A stretch of DNA of 63,887 bases, the filler included, from Reclinomonas americana ATCC 50394 (Eukaryota): the NCBI GenBank assembly GCA_048213135.1. It is 4 parts of 3 records of this genome, joined end to end, with 100 filler letters (N's around TTAATTAATTAA, not from the genome) between each part and the next. Parts side by side here need not be neighbours in the genome. Positions count along the whole stretch, not along the records: positions 61,928 to 63,887 come from PS015086.1; 3 more parts are not named here. One strand, 5' to 3'. A program made the position numbers and the translations under genes. The first letter of the stretch is position 1; each line of letters opens with the position of its first letter. Below, one piece after another: positions 61,930 to 63,887 of the stretch. Under the pieces are notes generated by a model. It did not search any database, was not told the origin of the DNA, and saw only the letters and a program-made list of their open reading frames with translations.

Positions 61930-63887
61930 TAGTGAGTGCAAGTGGAGGAAGGATGACTCCCTTCGCCCAAGCACGAGTCGCAACTTGCGTAAATCACGTC
62001 ACCCGAGGCCGTAAAGAGCGGAATGGTGGCGTCGAGAGCGGGTACGGTACGCAGCAATTTGAACGTTCGCAAGTCCCACACCGCGCTGTTGATGATAACC
62101 TCCAGACCGGTCGGCGAGAACACACCAGTGCCATACTGCGTCAATTTGTCAAACTGTGCATGAAGGGAATGCCGAGTGAGTCGAACGGAACACGACCGTG
62201 TACATGGAAGCGCAACAGAATCGTGACATGCCTTGTGCAAGCGTTTCGGCGGCGACCGCGGATCCCAGATCGATGTGTCGGAGAGAATGAGATCGTCGCG
62301 CGGATGAAAGTAGGACACCCTATCGTGGGAGAAGCTCGGTTCGTCCAATTCCTATATCAGCAGGCACACGTCAGAAAAGGCAAGAGAAACAACACAGAGA
62401 GCATATGCCGATTGCACATGGAGCGAGACACACCAGCAGTTTCACACCCGTCTCCACGCAGTGCACTGCTACGTTTTTCTCGCTCGTAGTCACCAGCATA
62501 TCTCCGGCTCTGCTGAACTCGCCTGCAAGACCAACAAATGGGACCAAACATGCTGCCACGACGCACACACACACACACACACCACTCACCAACATAGTAG
62601 CCATCGAACGAGTATAACATTTTGCCCAGATCCGCGTTTGACACGAGACCAACTTGATCGTAGCAGCCAAGACTGACCAGTGCGCGTTTGTCGAAGCGTG
62701 GCCAGCTGGACGACATGTGATCGAGCGATTTGTCGCCGGCTTCGGGCCACGGGTCACATTGTCGCTGTGTCCAAGACGAGTAAGTCACCCAAGAAGCGCG
62801 TCAACACCACTCGCACACGACTCGCGCTCACCAACTCGTCTCGGTCACCCTCGTACACATACAGTGAACCATCGTCGCATCCCATGAGAACGTGGTCTGC
62901 GAACATGGTGAGACGTGGTAGAAGATAAACATCAGCCTCCACGATCGATTCGCACCGTTCGGCAAGAAGCACACAGTTGTGAACCCCAGGTATCCCTGAT
63001 ACTCGCCCGGCTCGTACACTGTCAGCTTGTGGCGGAAGCGGCCGTGGATAAACGAACGCTGTCGTGCAGCCGTTCCCAAAGGGCCCCATCGACCCGTCGC
63101 TTCGCGATGGTGCAGTCGGTAGGCCAAATTGCCAAACTCGGTGCGTTCTCGTGGCTTTGGGCACACATGCGGGCGGAAGAACGAGAGAGGTGGAAGAACG
63201 CTGACTGGATTGGCGCAGTTCCGATGCTGCTGTCTGCAGGCGCACATACATACACAGAACAATAGTAGAGATGAGACCGTAATCCTTGGCTTCCGTGGAC
63301 AACATGAATCTCACCGTAGGTATTGCGTGGCAATCTGCTCGAGGAGAGTGGGACCGCTGGATGGCCAACCCATGCGGTCCGCATCGCCACCACTCATGAC
63401 ACCGCCGTGGCCTGGTGTGGAGTGTTTCGTGGCACTCAATGGCAGCGGTGTAAGGGATGAACGAGGGGTTCCGCCGGCAGCTGCGAGCGGCGCGCGGTCT
63501 TTCCAGCGCACAGCCAGTCGAGGTGCAGAGGGAGGTGCCGCGGCACCAGCAGCGGCCGTGGCAGACATGGGAGCCGGGGAGGCCAGCGGGAGGACACTTG
63601 GTGAGGCAAAGGAACCGAGCGCTCCAGTACCGAATCGAGTGCCGGGTGTGCGAGGCGTGGACGGCGTGCCAAGAGGTGACGGCAGCGGTTCCTGCGACGC
63701 CGTCAACATGCCAGCGGAGCGAGGTAATCTCTGCGTGCACGAGACGACATTGTCAGTCGGCGTCATGACGACAGTGGATGCGACACAGCAACCAACCGCT
63801 TCCTGCTGCAACGCCTCTGCGGTGTGCACGAGACCGCGTTGTCGCAGGTGGTCGCGAATGACCTCAAGCAATTCTGCATCGGAGAAA
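61930..63887 (-). CDS. DCAF1: DDB1- and CUL4-associated factor 1 (VprBP) homologue, partial (LisH + WD40 region)
   Basis: LisH LEVIRDHLRQRGLVHTAEALQQEA; TLLEQIATQYLRQQHRNCANPVSVLPPLSFFRPHVCPKP; FHPRDDLILSD..IWDPRS; FDKLTQYGTGVFSPTGLEVIINSAVWDLRTFKLLRTVPALD. Confidence 0.92.

Overview
Gappy draft assembly of an intron-rich, GC-rich eukaryote, probably a protist (organism not identifiable from this window). It has short GT-AG introns, CTRAC-type branch points and very abundant (GA/TC)n microsatellites. Genes recognisable by manual splicing and motifs: an anoctamin/TMEM16, three PLAC8 Cys-rich genes (two in tandem), a MYND-finger/coiled-coil protein, a ZNF511 homologue, a secreted pectin acetylesterase/Notum-family hydrolase, a WH2-fused CDC123/R2K-type ATP-grasp protein, an acylaminoacyl-peptidase (APEH), a compact DEG/ENaC/PAC-like two-TM channel candidate, a NACHT-pentapeptide-WD40 (NLR-like) gene and part of DCAF1/VprBP. 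There are also several hypothetical genes and a non-LTR retrotransposon relic. Highlights: (1) a 2.46-kb element with perfect 33-bp terminal inverted repeats and a target-site duplication, carrying a spliced cargo ORF and inserted in a bidirectional promoter; (2) a frequent class of 5' splice sites shifted by one base (GTTGCGT/GTTGAGT); (3) a 3-nt microexon conserved in two PLAC8 paralogues; (4) a tRNA-like gene with a G3:U70 pair, a 5-nt anticodon loop and a trailing hairpin; (5) the DEG/ENaC-like channel and the WH2-ATP-grasp fusion. All family calls come from motif recognition by eye, and no database searches were run.
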